A stretch of 63,112 nucleotides of DNA, counting the filler, from Octopus bimaculoides (lineage: Eukaryota), in NCBI RefSeq assembly GCF_001194135.2. It is 4 parts of 4 records of this genome, joined end to end, with 100 filler letters (N's around TTAATTAATTAA, not from the genome) between each part and the next. Parts side by side here need not be neighbours in the genome. Positions count along the whole stretch, not along the records: positions 1 to 28,708 come from NC_069005.1; 3 more parts are not named here. One strand, given 5' to 3'. A model generated the notes under the pieces. The model ran no database searches. It was given only the letters and a program-made list of their open reading frames with translations, and was not told where the DNA came from. The translations under genes and the position numbers were made by a program. This document shows positions 12,920 through 27,300 of the stretch, piece by piece; the first letter of the stretch is position 1; every line of letters starts with the position of its first letter.

Positions 12920-15359
12920 CAGTTACAGAAAATAAAAACGAAACATTATTATATATTTATAGTGATAATCTCACTCCTTTAAGAGGTCAGACTCGTGAGG
13001 ATAGTCGGTCTCGGAAAATCCGCAGTCGAGAAAATAGCAGAAATCGCAGTATGCACACTCCAATTGGCAGTCGAGAAAGCAGTCAGAATCGGCAATCTGT
13101 ACTTCATTCGAGAGAAAACTCTCGGGATTCAAAAATGGCTAGTTGTGAAAATGGCATGTTTCAAGAGACCAAACCATTAAATTATGATACCAGCAATTCT
13201 ACTTCAGACTACCCGACGAAGCATGAGAAAATAGAGTTGGCAGCAGCACAGAGTAAACCCATTAGTGAAGCTGAGGTGAAGAAGAAAACCATATTTATTG
13301 TTGATGGTTACTTAAATAACAAAGATCTTGAGGTAAGTAGTTATAAACTTTCATTTATGTGTATGTTCTACCTAATTTAAGAAACATTGAGTGAAAATTT
13401 GGTACATATAAATTTTCACCATATATATGAGATGCACCATTTTGAGCATGGCCGTTGCCAGTACCGCCTGACTGGCTCCCGTAGGATTTTCGAGTGAGAT
13501 CGTTGCCAGTGCCCCTGGACTGGCTTGTGCGGGTGGCACATAAAAGACACCATTTCGTGCGGGTGACACGTAAAAGCACCCACTACACTCTCTGAGTGGT
13601 TGGCTTTAGGAAGGGCATCCAGCTGTAGAAACTCTGCCAAATTAGATTGGAGCCTGGTGTTGCCATCCGGTTTCACCAGTCCTCAGTCAAATCGTCCAAC
13701 CCATGCTAGCATGGAAAGCGGACGTTAAACGATGATGATATTAACTTATAAAAAATAGTCTAATATTGGGGCATATTAATCCACATTGGAAAAAAATTGG
13801 TTTGCTGGTGAAGTATGATCTTCAAACACTGGCCCTCACAGAGGCAATGACAAGTGACTGAGGCCTTTGGTGATATGCTGTGCTTCAGGAGACTTGTCAA
13901 GCGAAGTGAAATTGTAGTCATGGTAAATGCTGGTGTCACGTGACTGGCACCTGTGGCAGTGACACGCAAAAGTGCCAGTGCCAGCGGCATGTAAAAAGCG
14001 CCCATTACACTCTTGGAGTGGTTGGCGTTAGGAAGTGCATCCAGCTGTAGAGACCATACCAAATCAGACTGGAACTTGGTGCAGCCCTCTGTCTTACCTG
14101 TTCCAGCCAACTGTATAACCCATGCCAGCATGGGAAGCAGATGCTAAATGATGATGATGGTGATGGTGTGGGTTTTATATCCCCCAGTGTTACACTATTT
14201 TCTATTGTCAATAAATATAGTGAAAACTGATGATTATATTTACAAAGCTTTATTTTGTAGAAAGTAAGCATGTATTTCCCGTTTATACTTCTCATCACCT
14301 GATCTCATTGGTGCCAGTGTCCTGTTAAAAGCACCAAATACATTCTGTCAAGTGGTTGACGTTAAAAGGCATCCAGCCATGGAAATCATGCTCAAGCAGA
14401 CACTGGAGCTCAGTGCAGTCTTTTGGCTCGCCAGCTCCTGTTAAATTGTGCAGCCAATGCCAGCAGGGAAAATAGATGTTAGATGCTGATGATGAGGAAT
14501 CATTAGAGCCTCAAAGAAAATGCCTTGCTGTATTTGTTCCAGCTCTTTGCATTCTGAGTCCAAATCCTGTTGTGGTTAACTTTGCTCTTCATCTATCGGA
14601 GTTGATAAAATAAGGTATCAATCAACTTCTGGGATTGATGATGTCATCAACTAACCACCTCCCCCTTCAAAATTGTTGGCCCTCATGTCTAAATTGGAAA
14701 CAATTTTAGATAATCTACTAATGTAGTAAATTTTGTCTCACAGTACATATTATGTTCCAGTGCTTCATGATATAAATAGTTTATTTACATCATGAATAAA
14801 GATACTTGTATATGACTTTAATCAGAGAATGTTAATTATACTCAAATTTATTGAATACCTGGGTACTGAGTTTTCATGGTTTCGACACAGGGTAAAGAAC
14901 TGATTATATTGTTTTCAAATTTTAATTAACTGTATGATGGTTTTTACTGTAATAACAGTATCCAAAATAAAATTGAATATAGATGCAGGCTACATTGTTG
15001 AGAAGTTTGTTTCCCAACTACATGGTTTTGAGTTCAGTTCCACTGTGTGGCACCTTGGGGAAGCATCTTCAATTGTAGCCCAGATTAATCAGATTGGAGA
15101 GGATTTGATAGCCAGAAACTGATGAGAGAAGCCTGTTTGTGTCTCCCTGGCTTCACTTTGTGTGGTAGTTGTAAATGTGTGCCACTGTCATCCATTTCTA
15201 ATATTCTGTGAAAACCATATATGGTCAGGGGGAAAATATTAACCTTGCTTGGAATCAGGTGAGGGCTGGTGACATGAAGGACATAATAAATCTGTTTCAA
15301 CAGATTCCATCTGACCCATGCATGCACGGAAATGTGGATGTTATGATGTTTTGACAATG

Positions 15360-15392
<33 letters not shown>

Positions 15393-18300
15393 AGTTTTTA
15401 GTGTGCACTTGTTATTTGGAGACTCAAGTATAGGAGGAAAATAGCAATGTTTAATGTAACCTGTTCAAAGCAGCCAGATCTAGCTTCTCGCACCTACCCT
15501 GTGATGTCATTCTAAAAATAAACAACCACATCATTGAAATCTGAATGCAATTAAATAATACATGATTAATTAGTTGAAAACAATGTGAATGAATAAATAA
15601 GCATTACATCTGATAGAGTAATCTGAATGTGAAAAGGTTAAGGAATTGAGTGTTGGTTCTTTTTTTATACTTGTTTTATTGATTCTATTGACTTGTATTT
15701 ATTTGGTTTTTCCATTCCAGGAAGTGGTGGTATCTCTCTCTAAATTGAAATCCTCAAGTAATCTCCAAGTGTTCATATCATCTGCTATCAGTCATGTGCT
15801 TGATTTAACACAACCAGCTAGAACACTTACTGGCTCCCTAATCTATCACCTCATGGATAATAAAACAATTTCTAAATCTGATTTCTTAAATGGGTAAGTA
15901 GCTGTTGTGTTGATTTATTTTTTTATTATTTTGTAACTGTTGTATTCCTATGCTAAAGTATAGATACATACCGCCAACTGTCCTTCTAACAGACTAAGCA
16001 TAACCTCATCACCACCTGTCCTCCCTTCTGGTTGATAGGTTAAGGGTACAATGGCTCTATAGAGGATACAATTCCGTATGTTTTGTTTATATTCTAGTAA
16101 TTTCATGAGATGTAGTTATAGTGGTTCTCAGTCACATAAAATCAGATCAGAAATAAGATAACCACTATTATTGAATATTTCTATAGGCATTGGTACAACT
16201 GTGTGGTTCAAGTTTGTTTCCCAACCACATGGGCAAATGTTTTCTACTATAGCTGTGGGTGGCCAAAGCTTTGAGAGCACATTTGATAGAGAGAAACTGA
16301 AAGATGTCTGTTATGTATGTGTGTGTGTGTGTGTCTCTCCTTGTCCTGACCTCGTGTATTAATTGTAAATGGGTGTCACTCTTCAAACGGTAGTGTTTGT
16401 TTAAAATTTTCCCTGGAAACCTGTTCAACCACAATGAAAACTACTTTGCTTGGAAACGGGTGCGGGTCAGCAACAGAAAGGGTATCTGGGCATAGAAAAT
16501 CTGCTTTAACATATTCTATGTGACCCATGCAGCTTTGGTAAAGTGAACATGAAAACTATGATGTTGACGATGTTGACTTTAAAAAAAATAATTGGTGTTA
16601 GATAGAATATCTTGACTGATCCCTCCTTTGTGCATATGACAATTAAGGTTTTACAGCTTTAGAAAAAGTAAGTGAAGCCTTCGGGTGCACAGGAAGTTGT
16701 AAAATTTCTAAGTATCTAGTGGAAAGAAAATTTGAAGCGTAACAGAGTCCTTACTACCTCAAAAATCAACAAGTTTTGAATCATTAATAATTTCTACATA
16801 TTATCTAATATGCTACTTCTAGGACTGCCATCTTTGATTTCTCTTGCCAGTATATTGAAATGGGTTTTTTTTTTAAATTTTATTTTTGTTGTTGTTAAGC
16901 CTACCTCTCAATATTTCAGTGGTTGTTTTTTTTTTTCATTTTAGCATGAACAATGTTTTGGAATATGCTGAAGATCTGGAGATTGATGTACCAAGAATTT
17001 GGACATATTTTGCTCAATTAATTTCTTCCTTGCTGGGCGAGGGAAGACTACCTTGGACAATTTTAAAAGAGATTGTCGAGCCCTTAAAAACTACAAATAA
17101 AGGAGGCGTTTTCATTGCTGAAATACTCAAAGAACTTGTCACTCGAATGGTAACCATCAACCATATTTATGTGTGTGTGTGTGTGAGAGCGCACGTGTGT
17201 GGTTTGAACCAAGAATCCCTGTCAAGATTTCATTCCATTGCCCAGCTGTTGATCATTACAGACTCTCATGTTATAATAAACATGTTTAATCTATTGTCTT
17301 ACTGAATGACCTGTTGAGGTTTACTAATTCTTTTACATTTCTGTTGTTTCCATTGGGCCAGGCACTTGATCAGAAGTTGAAATCTGACTAGTTGCTTGTT
17401 TGTTTGTACCCATGAACAAAGTACTTAGCTTGCTTTTAAGTCTATGTCCTGTTGAACCCTTTAGAATTCAAAATTAATCCTTATTTATTGTAGAGTTGGT
17501 ACGAAAGGCCAGAACTGACCATTAGGAATTTGTCTTTTTATTTTTTGTATCATTAATCCTTTATATTCAATCTGTTTTATGTTTGAACCGACCAGATACA
17601 GGCTCTCACACCTACCCTATAATGTTGTTAAGAAAAATCAGATTGCTTCAAGGGTTAGGTTACAAGTAAACGATAATGTTAGTATTGACTTGAACATTAG
17701 GTCGTTTAAGAAAATAGATGAGGGCTGAGATAAAAATAATAATAATACATTTTTAAAATCAACATAGTTTCTTTTGATTGTGTGTGGCAAAAGTTGCTGG
17801 GCAGGGTTACTGGGTGCATCCAGCCTAAATATTCTTGTTTTATGTACAAACCAACCATATCCAGCCTCTCCTTACAATATTATTCCCAAAAAATAAAAAC
17901 AATCACATCTGCAAAATCTTGAAGCTACAAGATATTACATGATTAATTTTTTTTAAATGTGGATAAATAAGCGTTACGTTAGATACATTAATCTGAATAT
18001 TAAAAGGTTGATAGTAGTGGATGGTGAAGATCTCTAAGATGAAAATAGGTAGCATAGGTAACAACTGTACTGTATAATTAGTGTTCCATTTGCATGCTAT
18101 ATCCACTTGCATGTCTAGTGTAGTGGTTGTTTAACTGATCTACCTAAGGAATCATTCACAAGCTCCTGTGATCTGTGAAAGGTATGAGACTCAGCATTCC
18201 AACAACTAATAACAAGCATACATGAAAAATAATTAGAAACAAGATTTTGAGTTCAAACTTGAATGACCAGTGTCAGTTACTTGCAAAATGATATTGCCGT

Positions 18301-21300
18301 ATTTTCAGATTTGACTACTTGCTACATAATGATTTTGTATCCTCCTGTTTAGGGTGAACAAAAAGTACAAGAACTCTGGAAATTATTTGATTTAAAACTT
18401 TCTGATTTCTACAAGGCTGAAGATATGTCCAAGTTTATTTCAGACCATGTAAGTAAAACATGATTTTCCTGCATGTTGTATTTATTTTTAATATTTTGTT
18501 TTGTCTTTCTGTGTATCTCAGTGTTTCGACCATACGACATAACTAATATTTGATTTAGCTGGGATGAAATGGAAATACTTAAGATCATTAATATCTTCTC
18601 AGCTAGAAATGCCAGCAACACCAACTTCAGGAAGGCAGCCAGCTACCTGATAACCAACCAATCAGGTGGCTGTGCTAACCAGATTGATTACACTCTCACC
18701 AGACAGTGGGATGCATGGTTGCTCTTAAATACAAAGACCCTCCCTGGTGAAGAATGTTCCCCCCAGCATAGACTAGTTATTAGTGACTTTAGACTCCAGG
18801 CCAGAAGGATGCCAAGAAGTAGACCAATCTAGAAAAGAAGGATTTGGAAGTTTAAAGATCCTTCATATGGTCAGATTTAGGGACATCCTAACTGAGAAAT
18901 TTTATGAGAGGGAGGAGGAGCTACAAACTTGTGACATAGAGAGTAACTGGGAATTATTGTGGGACAGCTTACTGAGTGCCACAGACCAAATCTGCGGCTG
19001 GTGCAAAGTCCCTTCCAGACCTTGGGTAATATGGTGGTGGAATGATGCTGTAGACAAGGCCATTAGACCAAAGAAACAGGCCTGGAAGTGTTGGGGTAGC
19101 AGGGAACTGTATCAGATTACCAGAAGGTAAGCTAGGATACAGGTAAATCTAGCCAAGAGAGAAACAGAAAAGAAGTTTGCCTATGTTCAGCAACATGCAA
19201 ACCAAAGAACTGAACTGAAGTGTTTTAGATTACAAGACGGTGTGTGAGAGGAAATCATGATGTCATAGGAGGGAAATGTGTCCGCATGGATGATGGTGGC
19301 CTTGCGTTTGATGATTCTGCAAAGAAAGAGGCTTGGAAATGGCATTATGAAAGACTGCTGAACATGGAGAATGAATGGGAAGAGGAGAGTTTGCTAAATG
19401 TTGACCCAATCGAAGGACCAGCTAGAGGTATCAAGTTGTTGGATCAGGTGATGAAAATTACTGAGAGGGTCATTGGCCAACTAATTAGGGAGAGAGTTAG
19501 TCTAGATGAGATGCAGTTTGGTTTTGTGACGGGGAGAAGCACCACTGATGCTATATTTCTGGTAAGACAGCTGCAGGAGAAATACATAGCCAAAGATAAA
19601 CCTCTGTACTTGGCCTTTGTTGATTTGGAAAAAACCATTGACAGGGTCCCCCAATCCCTTATCTGGAGTTCAATGTGGAAACTAGGGATAGATGAGTGGT
19701 TGGTTAGAGCCGTACAAGCTATGTACAGGGATGCTACCAGTAAGGTGAGGATTGGTAATGAGTACAGTGAAGAATTCAGGGTACAAGTAGGGGTTCACCA
19801 AGGATCGGTGCCCACCCCACCTCTTGTTCATCATAGTCCTCCAGTAACAGAGTAATTCAATACAGGCTGCCCCTGGTAGCTCCTCTATGCTCCTTGGTTT
19901 TATAACCGAATCACTACCAGAAGTAGAGAAGTTCCAGGTATGGAAGCAAGGTTTAGAATTGAAGGACCTTAGAGTTAATCTAACAAAAACTGAAGTCTTA
20001 GTAAGTAGGAAGGCACACAAATCTGATTTCTGATTTGCTGAATCGCTATGTTACATGGATGTAAACACACCATCATTGGTTGTCAAGTGATGGTTGGGGG
20101 ACAAACACACACACATACACACACACACACTGAGTGTATAGAAGAAGACACTTGCTCAAAGTTCCACACAGTGGGACTGAACCCAGAATTATGTGGTTGG
20201 GAAGCCAACTTACCACACAACCATGCCTGTACCTGTATCACATTTTGTCTTGAGTTACATTGTGATCAGGGCATAAATAGTTACCTTTTATCCTTTACAT
20301 GTTTCTGCAATTGGATTGTGGGTACTGCTGGGGTACTGCTTTGACGGGATTTTAGTCAAACAAATCAACCCCAGTACTGATATGTTGTATTTTTTTTTTT
20401 TCTTTCTCTTTTTAGAAATTGGAATTCATGTTTGACAAAGATAATCCTGACTGTTTGTTAAATGCTTTTGAGAATAAGTTACATAATTTGCTTCAAACCT
20501 GCGATTTAAATAACAAACCTATTTTTGATCTTATTGAGGTAAGTGTTTTTGCAGATATTTATGCCAGTAAAATAATTACACTCTTTATGATAATAAACGC
20601 AAAATTCTGTCTGTCTGGGATCCCTGTTTCTCAGCCTACATTTGCTCTACATAGACATATTATACCTTTTTGGAATCGGGATGATCCTGGGATTGAAAAT
20701 CTGCCCTTCATTTGGTCCTTGAATATCCAACATTGGGATCTAATGTAAATGCATTTCGGTTGCTATTTTTAGCAGGCAAAACTTGGCTGATTCACGCCAT
20801 CTTGGTTGGTATTTGTCAGATGACGGTCAGAGATCAAGGGGGGAGATAAATGACATTCACTTCATTAATTTTATGTTGAGATAAGAACTCTGGGACAAAT
20901 TGGCCAAACGGTTGGAATTCAAATTGGCACTGGAACAATAGAATGATTGCATTACAGAATTAATTCTCATCCATCCTCAACTTCTGATCAAACACCACTG
21001 GGGCATAGAGTCATGCTATTTAGCACTCTTTAGTTTTGGGCTGCAGGCCCAATTAGCCCTCTGCAAGAGCTAACTTAAAAGTCCCCTTGGAGTGCAGCTT
21101 TTATGGTAGGTAAAAATGAAAATAACCACAAAAATTCTTTGTAACAATACCAAACTGTGGTAACATTGTAGTGTAGATTAATGAAAGCTAGTCCAGTTTA
21201 TTTAAACTCTAGAATTTGATAGTTTATTTATTTTAGTACTTAATGTAGTGGTTCTCAACCTTGGCCCATATAGCCCCTGAGGGTCCATATAAGACTTTTG

Positions 21301-24300
21301 AGGGTCTGTACAACAAAATAATGAATTGGAGATACACAATAGTATTTTAAGGGCTCCTAAAAAAACTTGCTTTAGATGTATGCATTGGTGTGCATAGTGA
21401 AGGCACATGGCTTAGTTTTTAGGGTATTCAGCTCATAATCAAAAGGATGCAAGTTCAATTGCCGGCAATGCATTGTGTCCTTCAGCAAGACACTTTATTT
21501 CACGTTGCTCCAGTCCACTGAGCTGTGAAAAATGAGTTGTATCTGTATTTCAAAGGGCCAGCCATGTCACACTCTGTGTCAGGTTGAATATCCCTGTGAG
21601 CTACATTAAAGGTACACATGTCTGTGGAGTGCTCAGCCACTTCTTGCATGTTTTATGAGCAGGCTGTTCCGTTGATTGGATCAGCTGGAGCCCTCAATGT
21701 CGTTGTAGCCAATGGGATGCCATTGGTATGTATTGCAGATTTCTTTCTCTAATGTATTAAATAGTTCAGTGTACACAAGTTAATGTAGGAGAAGCAAAAT
21801 AAGAATTTTTAAAGTTTCTATAAAACCTGTTTTTAAATAGTGAATGGTTATGGTGGGTGGGGGGTCACCAGAAGAAAATAATATTTCAAAGAGGTCTATA
21901 GATAAAAAAGGGTTGAGAATGCCTGATTTATGCAACTGTATTTAGATTCTGTTGTTTAAAGCTCTAATTAGCATTTTATTTCGTATCTAGGAACTTCAGC
22001 AACCTCTTAAAGAGACGGAGGAATTCATCAGAATTCTTATGACTGAAATTTGCTCAAGTGCAATTGTCGGTAAGAAAACACTAATGTCCATTTTCTGAAA
22101 TATTTGTGAGCATATGTATGGCTGTGAGGTTAAGAACTTTGCTCTCCAGCCGTGTGGTCTTGGGCTCAGCACTTCAGGCAAGTGTCTTCTATTATAGCCC
22201 CTGGGCCGACCAAAGCCTTGTTAGTGGGTTCAATAGTTGACAACTGAAAAAGTGTTGTGTTTGTGTATATGCTTGCCTAGACATCATGTAATGGTTATCA
22301 ATGAATATCATCATAATGCAGGTGAGGTTTTTTGTTTTCAGTCTTTCATGAGAAACATGTCTAGGTATAAGTAAATAATATCTTACTTGGAAACAGGTGA
22401 GATTATCAGCTGGCAAAGCATCGAGCTGTAGAAAATTTGCCTAAATTAATTCCATCTCACCATACAAGAATGGAAAAGTGGGCACTAAATGATAAGGACA
22501 GTGATATGTATGGATATTGAGTTGTTTGTTACCTACATGTCTTTTCTTATTGTTATGGGTTGAGCAGGTTTGCAAAAGAGAGGTTTCTAACATGATGTGC
22601 AACCAAACATTCATCTCTATTGCCTCTGTTCTTTACATTTGGTAACATTTTTCACTGCAACTTCTGTGAGGTTGTAAGCTGGTCACTTTCACAATTGTCA
22701 ACCATGCTGCTGTGTTTATCTTGGATATTAGAACTGGAGAAAACAAACTAATATACACTGTAAAGTGGTTGACATTAGGAAGGGCATCCAGCTGTAGAAA
22801 CCTTGACATTAGGGTCTGAGTCTTAACACCTTACTCTACTTGCTCCTTATTAACTAGCAAAATAATTAAAGATTTTTTTTCATCTTTCTTCAATTTTTCA
22901 GAGAGTAAAGTTTCGAAGAGTAAAATAAAAACAAGATGTGAAGTCTTGCTGAAATATCTTTGCCAAAAGCCTAACCTGCAGTTACAGGCTCTCTATTCAT
23001 TGCAAGCTCTGGACGTCAAGTTGGTGCATCCACCTAGTAAGTTTCATGTTTAACCCTCTGGTATTCAGACTACTCTATCAAATCTAATGCTTATTTATTC
23101 ACATTGTTTTGAATTAATCATGCATTATCCTGTAGCTTCAAGATTTCGATGATGTGATTATTTTTAGAATGACGTAGGGTAGGTGGGAGAGGCTAGATCT
23201 GGCTAGATTGAACATTAAACGAGTAGAATACTTTGGTCAGTTATGACTGTGTTGAATTTTTAAAAAAAATTCCCAAGACAAGTTGGATTATTGGTTGGTC
23301 TGTATGTCTGGATTTCGAATTTAGGTGTAGGGAAGACTTAATGGTGGTGCCCCGGCATGGCTATAGTTCTCAAGCTGAAACTAGTAAACGTTTGGATAGT
23401 GTTTTTTACGTGTCACTGGCATGGGGAGTCAGTCAAGCGGCACTGGCAACAACCCACCCATGAATGGTGCTTATTGCATGCCACCAGCATGAGAGCCAGT
23501 CAGGCAGCACTGACATCGGCCACAACTACAATTTCCATTTGATTTGATTTTTGATTTTACTTGACTCAATAGGTCTCCTCAAGTACGGTGTGTCACCTTG
23601 CGATTCAAAGGTACTTTTTAAATGGGCTGGTTATGCGACACTGGTATAGACTAGGGCTGTGATTTCACTTTACTTGCCAGGTCTTCTCAATCACAGCATA
23701 TCTCCAGAGGTCTTGGTCTTTCGTCATTTCCGCTGTGAGGCCCAACATTCGAAGGTCATACTTCACCACCTCATCCCATGTCTACCTGGGTCTCCTTCTT
23801 CCATGGGTTCCTTCCACTGTTAGGGAGTGACACTTCTTCACACTGCTCTTCTCATCCATACGCAGCACATGATCATACCAACGCAGTTGTCTCTCTTGCA
23901 CCCCACATCTGCTGCTTCTTATGTCCAACATTTCACTCAGGGCACCTACACTCTGTTGCGTGTGCACACTGCCATTACACATCCAGTGGATCATACTAGC
24001 TTCATTTCTTTCAAGCCTATGCATGTCTTCAGCAGTCATGGCCCATGTTTCACTGCTGTGTAGCATGGCAGTTTGCACACATGCATCATACAAACCTTGC
24101 TGCCACATCTGAAATTTCTTCTCTAGTTCTGGTAGTGATTCCGATATGAGAGCAAGGTCATCAGCATAGAAGAGCTCCCAGGGGCAACCTGTCTTGAATT
24201 CCTCTGTTATTGCCTGGAGGACTATGATGAATAAGAGGGGGCTGAGGGATGATACTTGGTGAACCCCTACTTCTACCCAGAATTCATCATTATACTCATA

Positions 24301-27300
24301 GCTGGCCCTTACCTTACTAACGGCATCCCTGTACAGCTCTTATAACCACTTGTCAATCTCCAGTTTCCGCATCACCTACCAGATAAGGGATCAGGAGACC
24401 CTGTCAAAAGCTTTCTCCAAGTCAACAAAAGCCAAGTATAGGGGTTTATCTTTGACTAGGTATTTCTCCTGCAGTCGCCTTACCAGGAATATAGCATCAG
24501 TGGTACTTCTACCTGGCACAAAACCGAATTGCATCTCATCTGAACAGTCTCTCTCCCTAATTAGTTGGGCTATGACCCTCTCCATGACCTTCATCACCTG
24601 ATGCAGCAGTTTGATACCCCTGTAGTTATTTCTAACTAAAGCATCACCTTTCCCTTTGTAGCAGTTGGTGCTGCTACACAAGTCATTGGGTATGACTCCT
24701 TTGTGAACTACCTGATTTACAATGCGGGTGACAAGACCATAACTCACACCACCAGATATTTCAAGCATCTCTGCAGTGATTCCTGATGGGTCAGGGGCTT
24801 TCCCTGGCTTCATCTCCTTAATTGCTTTATCTACCAGGGTGCTATCTATTCAGGTAGCTGGTCTCTCTACTGGGTCAACATTTGGCAGGCTCTCCTCCTC
24901 TCATTCATTCTCCAAGCCTCTTTCTTTTTCCGAATCATTAAAAGCAAGTGCTCCATCATCCATGCAGACACATTTCTCTCCTGTGACATCACAATTTTCT
25001 CTCATACACTGTCTTGCAATCCAAAATACTTCAGTTCTATGGTCCTTATGTTGTTGGACATTAGCAAACTTCTTCTTTTCTGCTTCGCCCTTGGCTATAT
25101 ACACCTGCCGCCCAGCCTCCCTTCTGGCTATCTGGTACAGTTCCCTGCTACCTCCACTCTTCCAGGTTTTCCAGGCCTGTTTCTTTGCTCTACCCTATTA
25201 TTCCACCACCATGTTACTCTAGGTCTGGAAGGGACTTTGCACCAGCTCCTCCCTCTCATCAAATTTCTCAATGAGAATGTCCCTAAATCTCTGACCATGG
25301 GAAGGGTTCTTTAACTTCCAAATCCTTCTTTAAGAGCAACCTTGCATCCCACTGTCTAGTGAGGATGAAATCAATCTGGCTAGCAGAGTTGCCTGATTGA
25401 TAGGTTATCAGGTGGCTGTCTGGCTTCCTGAAGTTAGTGTTGCAGATTAATAGGTTGCATGCATCATAGGAACTCCAGCCTAGTTCCCTCTTCGTTTTGG
25501 GAGCCAATCCCATGGTTCCCATGAACACCATGGAAGATACCGGATTGCTGTCCGACATGCCCATTGAAATCTCTAGCTGCAAAAATGAGGTCATTGCCAC
25601 TCATTTTTGAGGTAGCCTGTAGAAAGGTATCATAAAAGTGGTCCTTCTGATCGTTTGGTAGGCCTGCTTGTGGGGCGTAGGCAGAGATAATTGTTGCTAT
25701 ACTATTCTGCTGGACTAGCCTGAACTTAAGCACTCTATCGCATACCCTGACTACCTCTATGATCTTATCCACCCATTTCGCCACAAGGAGTATGCCTACA
25801 CCCCCTACTCCATCACTGTTACCTTCCTAGAAGATTTTATACCTATGTGCCTTTCGTGTGAGGACTCTGGCTGAAGCTCCTCTCCACCTTACCTCTTGTA
25901 TGCAGCATACATCAACACGTCTCCGTTCAAGCATCTCTACAATCTCACTAGACCTACCTTTCAGTGTGCCTACATTGACAGTGCCAACTCTAAAAACTGG
26001 GAAAGGAATGTGGGAGGAGAGATGTTATTCAGTGCCTGAAAAGAAGGTTTCATGTTCGTTTGATGGACATGCTACCCCTGTTCTCACTTTTCACCGGTCA
26101 TCATTCAAACATTCAATTATGTTAAGATTGATGCCCCTACTGGGGGGNNNNNNNNNNNNNNNNNNNNNNNNNNNNNNNNNNGGGGGGGGGGGGGGGGTAG
26201 GAGTAGGTGTTAGTGGCATTGTAAGTATAAGCATTATAGACATAGTAAAATTGTAAATGTAAGCATTACTGGTGTTGCAGATATAAGTAAGTAAAGATAG
26301 ATAAAGGAGAATATGAATATCAATATGCCAATGTCAGATTAAGTGGAGAGCGAGAAGTTGCACGTATGATAGAGGATGCCACCAGTGAAGGAGGGGGGTT
26401 TCTGGTGAGAGAAGAGAGGAACAAGTACGCTCCCACACACAACAACAAGCATGTGTGCACAGACACACATAGAAGACAAGCATGCATACAGACAAGAACA
26501 AGCGCGCGCACACACACAGACTCACAGGAACAAGCATGCACGTACAGCCCATTAGCTTTCTCTTTCCACTCCAATACATCCATGGAAATTACTGAGTAAT
26601 TTGTTGACAAATTTTGAGTCAAAATGAAAGACAGCCAATTAAGTAGGTGAGCAGCTAAACTAGTTGCATTTGTCCTGAGAGGGAGAGGAGGAGGAGGAAA
26701 TTTAGGTGGGGTTTCTGGGTGAGAGAAGAGAGAGATCTGGTACTGGTGGTGGGAGAAGAGAGATATCCTGTATTGGGTGTTGAAATGGGTGGGTGTCCTG
26801 CAAACAAGCAAGGGTTAATTTAGAGAGATGGTACAAAAAATATGTAGCTAACTTGAGAACGCAGGAGGGAAGCAGAGATTTCATTTAGAAAATTACATGA
26901 ATTAAGGAGAAATAAAGGCTGAGAGAGAGAGATTAGGAAGATATATATTGAAGAGTCAATTTAAATAATTAGCTTATGAAAGGAGATATTAGTAAATAAT
27001 GCATATTAAAGTATTAATAGCAAATGAGTGAATGAAAAGATTGAAAAACGAGAGAAAATCTTAGCTTAGCAGTGCATAACTGGGTGTTAGAGAACCATCT
27101 ATGTTGGAATGAGTTGCATAAAAAACAGGGAGGAAGCATGTAAGGTATTTTATATTTTATATGCTACAACCAGAAGTGGACATTGTGGATGTGATATTTA
27201 CATCTGTTTAGATAGTAGGCTGGCATCTTGATGAATGGTGCTGTAATAACTTTTTCTATTTCCCACATCAATACAGTGGGAATATTATTTACCTGTACTG

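Noticed and set aside
26000-26880. HDV-like ribozyme expected at an RTE 5' end
   Set aside because: No nested double pseudoknot could be identified by eye and a gap interrupts the region; a covariance search is needed.
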